Positions 19,221 through 28,330 of a DNA stretch of 64,000 bases are shown here, in pieces. Location of the stretch: positions 2,913 through 66,912 of the forward strand of contig JAUSJX010000081.1 of assembly GCA_030647435.1 (NCBI GenBank), given 5' to 3'. Each line of letters starts with the position of its first letter. Position 1 is the stretch's first letter. This stretch comes from Candidatus Rokuibacteriota bacterium. Lineage in GTDB: Bacteria; Methylomirabilota; Methylomirabilia; Rokubacteriales; CSP1-6. The translations under genes were made by a program, and so were the position numbers. Below the pieces are notes generated by a model, which saw only the letters and a list, made by a program, of their open reading frames with translations, did not search any database and was not told where the DNA came from.

Positions 19221-19994
19221 TCAGAGCTTTCTCAGGACGACGACCATCAGGAGCGGGTGGTGGGCCCGGTCGAGCTTGAGGTGGGGCCTGAAGCCGTAGA
19301 ACCATTCGACCAGGTCAAAGCCTCCCGCCAATGCGACCAGCGCCCGGAGCTCCTGCGGAAAGACCATGCGGGAGGCGTGACGCTGGCGGTAGACGTGCCG
19401 GCGGCCGTCCTCGTGCGCCTCGAGCTCCATGTCCTCGTAGAACGTCTGGGTCACCGGGTTGAGGTCTTTGAGGGCCTCGAATGTCGCGCGCACCGTCGCC
19501 CGCCCGCGCCGCCTCGTCCAGGACCAGCGCCGCGCCGGGTCGGTCCACGACGAGCACATGTAGCGGTCGAAGACGTAGAGTCCGCCCTTGCGGACGGCCT
19601 TGGCCACGCAGCGGAGATGGGCCAGGATGGCCTCGTTCGTGAGCAGGTGCCCTTGCGAGTCCTGCATGCAGATGGCGGCGTCCACGGGGCGGGGCAGCGT
19701 GAAGCGGGTCATGTCCGCCACGTGGAGACCTACGTCGAGGCCCTCCTCCGCCGCCCGCTCCCGGAGGAAGGCGATATTCTCGGGCGACAGGTCGAGGCCC
19801 GACATGCGGTAGCCGCGCCGGCCGAGCCTGATCAGGTGCGGGCCCGTGCCGCAGGCGATGTCGAGCACGGTCTTCACGGGGCGCCTCGCATAGCGGCGGA
19901 AGCAGTGGGCGAGGAAGTCCACCTCCTGCTTCCGGTTCATGTCGAACGCGATCTCGTAGTAGCGCGGCGCCGAGTACTGACCCTTCTGGCTCAC
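19221..19994 (-). CDS. Class I SAM-dependent methyltransferase
   Basis: Motif I VLDIACGTG and motif II/post-I region. Likely GTG start at 19994 with a GAGG Shine-Dalgarno 5 nt upstream. The ORF-track ATG at 20075 would overlap speB by 77 nt. Confidence 0.65.
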   Translation of the reverse strand: MSQKGQYSAPRYYEIAFDMNRKQEVDFLAHCFRRYARRPVKTVLDIACGTGPHLIRLGRRGYRMSGLDLSPENIAFLRERAAEEGLDVGLHVADMTRFTLPRPVDAAICMQDSQGHLLTNEAILAHLRCVAKAVRKGGLYVFDRYMCSSWTDPARRWSWTRRRGRATVRATFEALKDLNPVTQTFYEDMELEAHEDGRRHVYRQRHASRMVFPQELRALVALAGGFDLVEWFYGFRPHLKLDRAHHPLLMVVVLRKL

Positions 19995-19998
19995 GGCC

Positions 19999-20856
19999 TC
20001 ATTTTCCCCACCAGGTGAGAATCGCCTCGCGGAGAATCCAGGAGGCGGTGATGCCCGTCCGCCCCGACGGGTCAAAGACGTGGGCGACCTCCATGAGATC
20101 GGTGCCCACGACCGTGCAGGGCTCGAGCAGCCGGACGATCTCGACCAGCTCAGAGGCCCTGAGCCCGCAGGGCTCGGGAGCGCCTGTCCCGGGCGCCTCC
20201 GATGGGTCGAGCACGTCCACGTCTATCGTGACGTAGAGCGGGTGCCGGCTGAGCTCGGGCACGAGGCTTCGGACGGCCTCGACCGGGTGGATGGCGTGCG
20301 CCGGGTAGAGGTGCGGCGCCCGGCGCCGGTACTCCTCGCGGGCACCCGTCCGCATGCCCACCTGGTAGACCCGCTCGGGCTCGACGACGTCCATCACGCG
20401 GGCCATGGCTGAGGCGTAATTGTAGCGCTCGCCGAGGAACTCTTCTCTCAAGTCGGGATGGGCGTCCAGCTGGAGGATGCGAAGGTCGGGGATGGCCGGA
20501 GCCAGGATCTCGATCACGGGCAAGGTCGCCGTGTGGTCGCCGCCCAGCATGACGGGCAGGAGGCCCGGCCGCCAGAAGCCGCGCACCTCCTCGCGGGCCC
20601 TCTGCAGCTGCTCCCGGGGGCTCCCAGAGCCCAGCTCGCAATCTCCCAGGTCGGCCATGCCGAGATCTTCCAGATCCCGATCGAGGGCGGGCGAGTAGGT
20701 CTCGATGGAGTCCGAGGCGATCCTGAGATCCCGGGGGCCGTGGTCGGCGCCGGTGCGGAGGTTGACGGAGCCTTCGAAGGGGATGCCGAAGAGGACGATA
20801 CGGGCGTCCGGGTAGGGCGCCCGGCACGCGATGAAGCGTGGGTCGGCTGGCGTCAC
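19999..20856 (-). CDS. speB: Agmatinase (arginase/ureohydrolase family)
   Basis: Mn-binding motifs GGDHTAT, DAHPD and TIDVDVLDPS. Confidence 0.8.
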   Translation of the reverse strand: MTPADPRFIACRAPYPDARIVLFGIPFEGSVNLRTGADHGPRDLRIASDSIETYSPALDRDLEDLGMADLGDCELGSGSPREQLQRAREEVRGFWRPGLLPVMLGGDHTATLPVIEILAPAIPDLRILQLDAHPDLREEFLGERYNYASAMARVMDVVEPERVYQVGMRTGAREEYRRRAPHLYPAHAIHPVEAVRSLVPELSRHPLYVTIDVDVLDPSEAPGTGAPEPCGLRASELVEIVRLLEPCTVVGTDLMEVAHVFDPSGRTGITASWILREAILTWWGK

Positions 20857-20922
20857 GTGGGTAGCTCGCCTCGGACGGCGGGGCCCCAGCCCCGCGACGT
20901 CCTGCAGTTCGCAGTTCCCGAA

Positions 20923-21405
20923 CTAAACGACGTCGTCGTCGGAGAGCAGCGTCACGGCCGCCAGGGCGCAGCCCGTGCGCTCGACGCGGTGCTCGACGGC
21001 GCAGACCTTCATGTCGCGGATCGTCCAGCCGCGGCTCTTGAACGACTCCTCCAGCATGTGGACGATGGCCCGTTCGGCCTCTTCCCGGGTGGCCTTGTCG
21101 TGAAATTCCATGATCACGCCGTTGGCCTTGGGGTCGGCGGGGCGGGCCCAGCCGACCGCGGCGGCGACCACTTCGCCGGGCACTTCGCTGGTCATGGCGG
21201 CGTAGGCCGTGGGCACGACCGCGCCGGGCCGGAGCCGGGGCAGGTCCACAATCGCGGCCTCGGGCGGCAGGATGGAGGAGACCTTCACGAGGTTGATGTT
21301 GCCGATGCCCGCCGCCAGGAGGGCGTTGTCGAAGGCGTTGAGCGGGGTCGTTCCCTCAGCGCTTCCGGACGTCGTGGCTGCCTTGGTCACCGGTTTCCAG
21401 CCCAT
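20923..21405 (-). CDS. pdaD: Pyruvoyl-dependent arginine decarboxylase (archaeal-type PdaD)
   Basis: 161 aa from an ATG at 21405 with a perfect GGAGG Shine-Dalgarno. The Ser-Ser self-cleavage site (LVKVSSILP) is characteristic of PdaD. The longer track ORF is an N-terminal over-extension. Confidence 0.75.
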   Translation of the reverse strand: MGWKPVTKAATTSGSAEGTTPLNAFDNALLAAGIGNINLVKVSSILPPEAAIVDLPRLRPGAVVPTAYAAMTSEVPGEVVAAAVGWARPADPKANGVIMEFHDKATREEAERAIVHMLEESFKSRGWTIRDMKVCAVEHRVERTGCALAAVTLLSDDDVV

Positions 21406-21719
21406 TTCTCCTCCTCGCCTCCTTGGTTGAAGTGAAACGCCGCGGAAATTTTTCTTCGCCCATGTTAGCGAGTCGGGAGTGGAACGCAAGAGAAAAGTGG
21501 CCGCCGGCCGGCTTCCGATCGCTCGGCCGGCGGCTCCACGGCGGCTCATCCCGCCGCTTGACGACCGCCGATCGGGCCCGCGGCGGGCGCCTCGGCCTCG
21601 CCGACAGCCTCCGGAGAGGGCATTTTTTCCTTGCAATGCTAAAAACATGGCCCTACATTCAGAAAAATCGCATTCGCAGGTTTTTCGCGAGCGAGAAACG
21701 AACGGAGAGGAGAAAAAGA

Positions 21720-22184
21720 GTGCAAGCACTGGGGCGACACCTGCTGCTCGAGCTGTTCGACTGCGACGCGGAAGCGCTTAACAGCCTTGAGACCGTGAAG
21801 GCGTCCATGGTGGAGGCGGCGAAGCGCGCCCAGGCCACCATCGTCGACGTCGTCTTTCACGAGTTCAACCCGTTCGGCATCAGCGGTGTTGTCGTGATCG
21901 CCGAGTCGCACCTCGCCATCCACACGTGGCCCGAGTACCGCTTCGCTGCGGTGGACATCTTCTCCTGCGGCGACGTGCTCCAGCCCCAGACGGCGGCCAA
22001 CTACCTGGTCGAGCAGTTCGGGGCCTGCCGGGCCTCCGTCGTCGAGCTCCAGCGCGGCATCTTTCTCCAGGCCTCACCCATGCCCCACAAGCCGGCCGGC
22101 GCCAAGATGCCAGTCGCCAAGGTGCCAGTCGCCAAGATGCCAGTCGCCAAGGTGCCAGGCGCCAAGGTGCCAGTGGGAGGATGA
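21720..22184 (+). CDS. speH: S-adenosylmethionine decarboxylase proenzyme (small pyruvoyl SpeH type)
   Basis: LGRHLLLELFDCD...ESHLAIHTWPE core. GTG start with a GGAGAGGAG Shine-Dalgarno. The C-terminus carries a (K-M/V-P-V-A)n tandem-repeat tail. Confidence 0.8.
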   Translation: MQALGRHLLLELFDCDAEALNSLETVKASMVEAAKRAQATIVDVVFHEFNPFGISGVVVIAESHLAIHTWPEYRFAAVDIFSCGDVLQPQTAANYLVEQFGACRASVVELQRGIFLQASPMPHKPAGAKMPVAKVPVAKMPVAKVPGAKVPVGG

Positions 22185-23101
22185 GCGGTCCCCCGCAGTA
22201 CAAGTGGTTCTTCGAGAGCACCACGCCGGTTGAAGGCCACATGCACGCCATCGCCCGCACCATCGCCACCCGCCAGACCAAGTTCCAGTTCATGGAGATC
22301 TTCGAGACTCACTCCTACGGCAAGGTCCTGGTCCTCGACGGCCGCATCCAGTCGAGCCAGCACGACGAGTTCATCTACCACGAGATCCTGGTCCAGCCGG
22401 GCCTCCTGGCACACCCAAAGCCGGTCCGCGCCATGGTCATCGGCGGGGGCGAGGGCGCCACGGTCAGGGAGATCCTGCGGCATCCGAGCATCAGCGACTG
22501 CCTCATGGTGGATATCGACGGCGAGGTGGTCGAGGAGTGTAAGAAGCACCTGCCCGAGATGCACCAGGGCGCCTTCGAGGACTCGCGCACCCGGGTGCTC
22601 CACGAGGACGCCCGGGCCTACCTTGAGAAGACCAAGGAGCGCTTCGACCTGATCGTGGTGGACTTGCCGGAGCCGCTCGGGGAGGGCCCGGCCTGCCTGC
22701 TCTTCACGACCGAGTTCTACACCCTGATCCGCGACCGGCTGACGGACAACGGGATCATGACCATGCAGGCGGGCATGACCAAGATCAACGAGCTGTTCTT
22801 CTACGGCGCCGTCAACCGGACCCTCCGCGAGGTGTTCCAGGTCGTCGCGCCGTACCAGGGCTTCATCTCCTGCTTCGGGACTCCCTGGGGCTTCATCCTG
22901 GCCTCCAAGGGCACCGACCCGCGCAAGCAGACGGCTCGCGAAATCGACGGGCTGATTTCTTCGCGGATGAACCCAGATACTCTCGGCTACTGGAACGGGG
23001 CCGCGCACCTGCACTCATTCAACCTGCCCAAGTTCCTGACCAATGCCCTGGCCAAGAACGACCGGGTCATTACGGACAAGAACCCCCTGATCGTCAGCTG
23101 A
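22181..23101 (+). CDS. speE: Polyamine aminopropyltransferase (spermidine synthase)
   Basis: WFFE...HAIA tetramerisation region, SAM-site motif VIGGGEGAT and DLIVVDLPEP. The ATG overlaps the speH TGA as ATGA. Confidence 0.85.
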   Translation: MSGPPQYKWFFESTTPVEGHMHAIARTIATRQTKFQFMEIFETHSYGKVLVLDGRIQSSQHDEFIYHEILVQPGLLAHPKPVRAMVIGGGEGATVREILRHPSISDCLMVDIDGEVVEECKKHLPEMHQGAFEDSRTRVLHEDARAYLEKTKERFDLIVVDLPEPLGEGPACLLFTTEFYTLIRDRLTDNGIMTMQAGMTKINELFFYGAVNRTLREVFQVVAPYQGFISCFGTPWGFILASKGTDPRKQTAREIDGLISSRMNPDTLGYWNGAAHLHSFNLPKFLTNALAKNDRVITDKNPLIVS

Positions 23102-23679
23102 GCAGCAAGCCAGCCCTCGTCCTCGCCTCTGCCTCGCCCCGCCGTCAGGATCTCCTCGCGGGGCTCGGCATCCCGTTCACCGTGCAGCCGAGCCGTATCG
23201 CCGAGGTCCATCCGCCGGGGCCGGCGGAGGCGGCAGTGGCCGCCGTCGCGCTGGACAAGGCGCGCGCCGTCGCGCGCGAGTGGACGGGCGGCCCGGCGGT
23301 TGTCCTGGGTGCCGACACCGAGGTGGTCTTGGACGGCCGCTACCTGGGCAAGCCCCGCGATACAGCCGACGCCGCCCGCATGCTCCGGGAGCTCAGCGGC
23401 CGCACCCACGAGGTTGTCACCGGCCTTGCCCTCGTCGATGCGCCGTCGGGCCGAGAGGAGACTCTCGCCGTGACGACGCGGGTGACCATGATCGACGCCG
23501 GCGCCGAGGAGATCGCGGCCTACGTGGCGACCGGCGAGCCGCTCGACAAGGCCGGCGCCTATGCCGTCCAAGGGCTCGGTGCCCGGCTCGTGGCCCGCGT
23601 GGACGGCTGCTTCACCAACGTGGTCGGCCTGCCGGTCGAGACGACGCGGCGGCTGTTGAAGCGGTGGGGGCTCGTCTAG
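23098..23679 (+). CDS. maf: Maf-like nucleoside triphosphate pyrophosphatase (septum formation protein Maf)
   Basis: Conserved N-terminus LVLASASPRRQDLL begins at ~23113, but no ATG/GTG/TTG lies in frame between the speE stop and this motif. The candidate start is CTG at 23098. The track ORF (ATG 23182) truncates the conserved N-terminus. Confidence 0.65.
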   Translation: MSSKPALVLASASPRRQDLLAGLGIPFTVQPSRIAEVHPPGPAEAAVAAVALDKARAVAREWTGGPAVVLGADTEVVLDGRYLGKPRDTADAARMLRELSGRTHEVVTGLALVDAPSGREETLAVTTRVTMIDAGAEEIAAYVATGEPLDKAGAYAVQGLGARLVARVDGCFTNVVGLPVETTRRLLKRWGLV

Positions 23680-24749
23680 CGGGGCGGCGGCTCTCCCGCA
23701 ACCGTGGCCCGCTCGAGCGGGCCGGTGCGGAGCAGGGGAGACCACCGGAACCAGGGCAGCTTGACGGCGGCGGGCATCTCGACGCGCTCGCGGGCCTGGC
23801 GAAGGCTCGCCTTGAGCATGTCTTCCGTGACCCGCCCACGGGGCAGATAGATCTGCCGCGCGCCGGCCACGCGCAGTGCGAAGTCGCCGGGCTGGCCGAT
23901 CACCGACGCCGGCAGGCCGGCGGCGAGCGTCTCCGCGGGGGCGTCGCTGACGCGGGCCACTGCGCGGAGGAGTGCCTTGGCCAGGGCGACGAGATCCTGC
24001 TCTCCGACTGCGGCGTCGGCACGGAGGAAGAGGGCGGCGTGGACCGTCTCGGCACCGAGCCAGCGGGCCGCGTCGGATCGGGTCCGCAGATCCACAAGTA
24101 TGGAGACTGCGTTTTTCTCAGCCCTCGGCTCGCCTTCGGCTGCGCCTCGAACTGCGCTCTTCTCAGCCCTCGGCTCGCCTCCGGCTGCGCCTCGAACTTC
24201 CACGTCTTCTACCAAGCGGGTGACCCAGGGGTCGGCCATGACGGCGGCCGCCACCTCACCCTGCTCGAGCGCGCCGGCGAGCGCACGGTTGGAGAAGCTC
24301 CTGAGCGGCACATGGTAGATCCTGACGCCCGCGCGCGCGAGAATGGTCGCGAGCATCGCCTGCTCGGGCGTGCCGACGCCGGGCAGGCCCACGGGCTGGC
24401 CGCGCAGGTCGCGGGGAGAGCGGACGGTCTCCTTGTGGCCCGGAGAGACGAGGATCGCGACAGGCGGCGCCGCCGTCAGGCCGAAGAGGAGCGGCGGCGG
24501 GGCGCCCTTGACATGTCCCAGGCGATAGGCCGCGTCGAGCGAGGTGGCGGCGATATCGGCGCGGCCCCGGGCCATCGCCTGCGCGGCGTCGCTCTCCGAG
24601 CGCTCGATCGTGAGCGTCACCTCGAGCTTCTCCTGGGCGAAGTATCCTTCCGACTGGGCGACGAAGAGCGGCAGGTACTCTGGCGAGGTTGCCGGTCCCG
24701 CCACAGCGATGGTGATCGCGGCCCAGAGTCCCAATCCCGCTGCCGTCAT
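23676..24749 (-). CDS. ABC transporter periplasmic substrate-binding protein (NMT1/SsuA/TauA-like)
   Basis: Signal peptide MTAAGLGLWAAITIAVAG, then an SsuA-like fold. Contains an in-frame 45-bp tandem duplication (VRGAAGGEPRAEKSA x2). Confidence 0.6.
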   Translation of the reverse strand: MTAAGLGLWAAITIAVAGPATSPEYLPLFVAQSEGYFAQEKLEVTLTIERSESDAAQAMARGRADIAATSLDAAYRLGHVKGAPPPLLFGLTAAPPVAILVSPGHKETVRSPRDLRGQPVGLPGVGTPEQAMLATILARAGVRIYHVPLRSFSNRALAGALEQGEVAAAVMADPWVTRLVEDVEVRGAAGGEPRAEKSAVRGAAEGEPRAEKNAVSILVDLRTRSDAARWLGAETVHAALFLRADAAVGEQDLVALAKALLRAVARVSDAPAETLAAGLPASVIGQPGDFALRVAGARQIYLPRGRVTEDMLKASLRQARERVEMPAAVKLPWFRWSPLLRTGPLERATVAGEPPPR

Positions 24750-24760
24750 CAAGCCTCCCC

Positions 24761-25426
24761 GTGAGCCTGCGCCACCGTCTCCTGCGCGTCTATACAGCAC
24801 TGCACGCCCGCTACGGCCCTCAGGACTGGTGGCCGGCCCGGAGCCGCTTCGAAGTCGCCGTGGGTGCCGTCCTGACCCAGCATACCGCTTGGCCTGGCGT
24901 CGAGCGGGCCATACACAATCTCCGCGCCGCGCGGAGGCTCGGGCCCCGGCGGCTGGCCCGGCTGGCGCTACCGCGGCTCGGACGGCTCATCCGCCCAGCG
25001 GGGACTTGGCGTCTCAAGGCGCGGCGTCTCCACGCGCTCGCGGTCTTTTTCCTGGCGCGAGCCGGCGGGCGCCTCGACCGGCTGCGCGGGGCGCCTCTCG
25101 AGACCCTGAGAGCCCAGCTCCTCGCGGTGCCCGGCATCGGCCCCGAGACAGCCGGCGCCATACTGCTCTACGCCCTGGGGCGGCCGGTCTTCGTCGCCGA
25201 CGCCTACACGCGCCGCGTGCTCTCGCGCCACCGGATGGTGCCCGCCGACATCGGCTACGATGAGCTCAGGCGTTTCCTCGAGGGGCACCTGCCCGGCGAC
25301 CCGGCGCTCTTCAACGAGCTCCACGCGCTCCTGGTGGCCGTCGCCAAGTCTCACTGCCGCGCGCGGCCCCGATGCGAGGGCTGCCCGCTGCGCTTCGACC
25401 TCAGGGGGCGGCGACCTCGCGGATGA
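24761..25426 (+). CDS. Endonuclease III-like HhH-GPD base-excision DNA glycosylase
   Basis: HhH-GPD motifs (VLTQHTAW, LPGIGPETAGAILLYALGRPVFVADAYTRRV) with catalytic Asp. GTG start. No C-terminal 4Cys FeS cluster (only CxxC at ...CEGC). Confidence 0.6.
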   Translation: MSLRHRLLRVYTALHARYGPQDWWPARSRFEVAVGAVLTQHTAWPGVERAIHNLRAARRLGPRRLARLALPRLGRLIRPAGTWRLKARRLHALAVFFLARAGGRLDRLRGAPLETLRAQLLAVPGIGPETAGAILLYALGRPVFVADAYTRRVLSRHRMVPADIGYDELRRFLEGHLPGDPALFNELHALLVAVAKSHCRARPRCEGCPLRFDLRGRRPRG

Positions 25427-26522
25427 GCCGGGCCAGGCGTTGGGCGGCGTCGGGGACGGCGAGCGTCCGGGCGCGCGCGCCCATCGCCTCGAGGGCCGCG
25501 CGATCCGCCAGGAGGCGCGTGAGCGTGTCCACGAGGCGCTCTACCGTGAGATCGCCCTGCGGAAGGACCACGGCGCCCCCCGCGGCCTCCACGAGCCCGG
25601 CGTTGGCCGTCTGCTCGTCACCGCTCGCCCCCGGAAGCGGGATGAAGACGGCCGGCACGCCGAGACTGCAGCACTCGATGACGGTGCCCGCCCCGCTGCG
25701 CCCCACGAGCAGGGTCGTCGCCGCGTAGACGTCGCGGAGCTCGGCGCCGATGTATGTTCTCACGGCGTAGCGCGGCCGGATCGCAGGCGGCAGGGCGCGG
25801 GCCCGATCCTGGAGCCAGGAGTGATCGCCGGTCTCGGCGTTGTCACCGCACTGGTGGAGGATCTGGCAGATCGCGAGAAGCCGCGGCAGCGCCTCGCCCA
25901 CCACGCGGTTGATCCGGTGAGAGCCTTGGGCGCCGCCCGTGATGTAGACCAGCGGCCTAGCCGCGTCGAAGCCGAAGTGCCCGAGCGCGGCCTCGCGGCT
26001 GCCTCCCAGGATTTCCTCTCTCACGGGATTGCCCGTCAGGACGACCCGGTCCGTCGGGAATCCGCTGCCCAACCCAGGAGAGGACACGGCGAAGGACACG
26101 GCGATCCGGGCGGCGAAGCGCGCCGTCAAGCGATTGGCGAGGCCGGGGACGGCCGTCTGCTCGTGGACCACGATGGGGATGCCGAGAACGCGGGCCGCGA
26201 GCGCGGGCGGCACGCTGACGAAGCCGCCCAAGGAGAAAAGAACCGCGGGTCTCAGGCTCCGCAGGAGCCTCCAGGACTGGATCAGGCCCGCGGGCACGCG
26301 CACGAGGAGATCGCTCGCGTTGCGCCGGTCCCAGTAGCGGCGGAGCTTGCCCGTCGAGATGGGATGGAAGGGCAGGCCCGCCTCGGGCACGCGCCGCGCC
26401 TCGACGCCATCGTGGCTGCCGATCCAGTGGACCTCTGCGCCGTCCCGGACGAGCGCCGCCGCCACCGCCAGCCCCGCGCTCGTGTGCCCGCCGGTGCCGC
26501 CGCCGGCGATGACGACGCGCAC
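25401..26522 (-). CDS. murG: Undecaprenyldiphospho-muramoylpentapeptide beta-N-acetylglucosaminyltransferase MurG (GT28)
   Basis: N-terminal VVIAGGGTGGH G-loop and a C-terminal GT28 domain. Likely GTG start at 26522. The track ORF extends into an Arg-rich leader. Confidence 0.7.
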   Translation of the reverse strand: MRVVIAGGGTGGHTSAGLAVAAALVRDGAEVHWIGSHDGVEARRVPEAGLPFHPISTGKLRRYWDRRNASDLLVRVPAGLIQSWRLLRSLRPAVLFSLGGFVSVPPALAARVLGIPIVVHEQTAVPGLANRLTARFAARIAVSFAVSSPGLGSGFPTDRVVLTGNPVREEILGGSREAALGHFGFDAARPLVYITGGAQGSHRINRVVGEALPRLLAICQILHQCGDNAETGDHSWLQDRARALPPAIRPRYAVRTYIGAELRDVYAATTLLVGRSGAGTVIECCSLGVPAVFIPLPGASGDEQTANAGLVEAAGGAVVLPQGDLTVERLVDTLTRLLADRAALEAMGARARTLAVPDAAQRLARLIREVAAP

Positions 26523-26544
26523 GCCGATCAGCAGCCCTGGCCCA

Positions 26545-27048
26545 TCAGCAGCCCTGGCCCAAGGACGGGCTCGACGGCGGCGGGCCGCCCGAGGCGTCGC
26601 AGCGTGTGATGCTGCCGTCCGGCGTGGCGAAGAGGGAGGCGGAGAGTCCCTTGGCGTTGCCGCCGACACCCGCGACGGAGACCTGGCCGACGGGTACGGA
26701 CCCCGCGGCGCTCGTGCTGAGGTGGGCGACGGTGATCTGCCAGCGTCCGTCGGCGCTCTGGCCCGTCGGTCCGACGCCGGCGTTCCCGGCGACTTCGGCG
26801 AACGAGCATGAGCGGCCGGCCAGGCCCTTGGCTTGCGCGCAGAGGGTCAGCGCCACGATGGTGCGGGTGAGCAGCCCCTGGGCCTCGGCGAGCCGCGCGC
26901 CCTGGTCCGGACGGACGCTTTCCCCGGAAAGGTCCCGCGTGAGCGGCCCGACGGTCGCCTGGAAGTACCCCTGGAGGATCACCCCCGTGAGAGCGCTGAC
27001 GATCAGGAGAGAGATCAGGACGGAGATGAGGCCGAAGCCGCGCTGCAT
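26545..27048 (-). CDS. Small secreted/membrane-anchored protein with prepilin-like N-terminal helix
   Basis: N-terminus MQRGFGLISVLISLLIVSALTG resembles a type IV pilin/pseudopilin leader plus hydrophobic helix. It lacks the conserved Glu5 (Ser instead). Gly/Ser/Ala-rich C-terminus. Confidence 0.4.
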   Translation of the reverse strand: MQRGFGLISVLISLLIVSALTGVILQGYFQATVGPLTRDLSGESVRPDQGARLAEAQGLLTRTIVALTLCAQAKGLAGRSCSFAEVAGNAGVGPTGQSADGRWQITVAHLSTSAAGSVPVGQVSVAGVGGNAKGLSASLFATPDGSITRCDASGGPPPSSPSLGQGC

Positions 27049-27052
27049 GCGC

Positions 27053-28162
27053 TCACCGGCGCTCGAGGGCGAGATCGATCAGGCGGGAGATCAGCTCGGT
27101 GTAGGAGATGCCCGAGGCCTCCCAGAGCTTGGGGTAGGCGCTCGTCGCGGTGAAGCCGGGCAGGGTGTTGATCTCGTTGACGAGCACGCCCGCCTCCCCC
27201 TCGATGAAGAAGTCCACGCGCGCGAGCCCCGCGCAGTCGATGGCCTTGAACGCGCGGATCGCCAGCTCGCGCACCCGCGCCGTCACCTCGGGGCCGAGCG
27301 GCGCCGGCACCTTGAAGGTCGTGTGGCCGGCACCGTACTTGGTCTCGTAGTCGTACCACTCGCGAGCAAAGCAGACCTGGCCCGGGACGGATGCCTGCGG
27401 CTCGTCGTTGCCCAGCACGGCGACCTCGACCTCTCGCCCCTGCACGGCGCGCTCGACCAGCACGCGGCGGTCGTGTCCGGCGGCCAGGGCCAGCGCGGCG
27501 GCCAGGTCCTCCGGCGCCTTGACCTTGCTGATGCCGACGCTCGAGCCGAGGTTGGCGGGTTTGACGAAGCAGGGGAATCCGATGGTTTCAGCGACGGCGC
27601 GCTCGATCGCGGCGGGGTCGCGCCGCCATTCGTGGCGCTTCACGACGAGATAGTCCACGACCGGCAGACCATGGGCGCGGAACATGTCCTTCATCGCGGC
27701 CTTGTCCATGCCGATGGCCGAGGCGAGCACGGCCGCGCCCACGTACGGCAGCCCCGCCAGCTCGAGCAGGCCCTGGATCGTGCCGTCCTCGCCGCGGGGG
27801 CCGTGGAGCATGATCCAGACCACGTCGAGCCGCTCACGGAGGCCCGGCGGCAGGCCCTCGCTCGACTCGACGCGCTGGAGCGCCGTCGAGGACGCCGCGC
27901 CGCCCGCGCGGACCGCGAGCTCCTGCTTGACCGACGCCTCGGGGCCGCCTTCGCCGAGCGCCTTGCCCGCGGCCTCCTGGGCGAGCGCCCGCAGCGGGTC
28001 GCCGCCCACGAGCCAGCGCCCCTCGCGCGTGATGCCGATCGGCACCGGCTCGAAGCGCTCGCGGTCCATGGCGGCCATCACGGACGCCGCGCCGGCGAGC
28101 GACACCTCGTGCTCGCCCGATTCGCCGCCGAAGACCACGCCCACGCGGAGCTTCTTCGCCAT
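27053..28162 (-). CDS. ddl: D-alanine--D-alanine ligase
   Basis: 369 aa ATP-grasp with Ddl motifs (VGVVFGGESGEHEVSL, HGPRGEDGTIQGLLELAGLPYVG, EINTLPGFT). Confidence 0.9.
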   Translation of the reverse strand: MAKKLRVGVVFGGESGEHEVSLAGAASVMAAMDRERFEPVPIGITREGRWLVGGDPLRALAQEAAGKALGEGGPEASVKQELAVRAGGAASSTALQRVESSEGLPPGLRERLDVVWIMLHGPRGEDGTIQGLLELAGLPYVGAAVLASAIGMDKAAMKDMFRAHGLPVVDYLVVKRHEWRRDPAAIERAVAETIGFPCFVKPANLGSSVGISKVKAPEDLAAALALAAGHDRRVLVERAVQGREVEVAVLGNDEPQASVPGQVCFAREWYDYETKYGAGHTTFKVPAPLGPEVTARVRELAIRAFKAIDCAGLARVDFFIEGEAGVLVNEINTLPGFTATSAYPKLWEASGISYTELISRLIDLALERR

Positions 28163-28221
28163 CGCCCTACTCTAACAGAGGGTCGCTAGATGGCCACGCA
28201 GGCTGTCGAGAAGGGGTCAGA

Positions 28222-28330
28222 TGCGAGGCGGCGCCCGAAGATCGCAGGCGAGGCGTACTCTCTGTACGTCGAGCCTGCGGTCAAGGGCGCCAACGAAGCA
28301 GATGGCCCCTTATCGGCAGCCTGCGCGCGT
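28222..28330 (+). repeat. Intergenic repeat family R1, copy 2 (overlaps the 3' end of the MFS gene)
   Basis: ~90% identical to the reverse complement of 17766-17880. Gives the spurious MRGGARRSQARR ORF on the track. Confidence 0.8.

Noticed and set aside
20923-21729. 268-aa track ORF for pdaD
   Set aside because: The N-terminal ~108 aa are an over-extension across the divergent promoter region. The ATG at 21405 with a GGAGG Shine-Dalgarno gives the expected ~160-aa PdaD.
21926-23101. 391-aa track ORF for speE starting at 21926
   Set aside because: Its N-terminal 85 aa overlap speH in another frame. The conserved spermidine synthase begins at the ATG at 22181 (MSGPPQYKWFFE).
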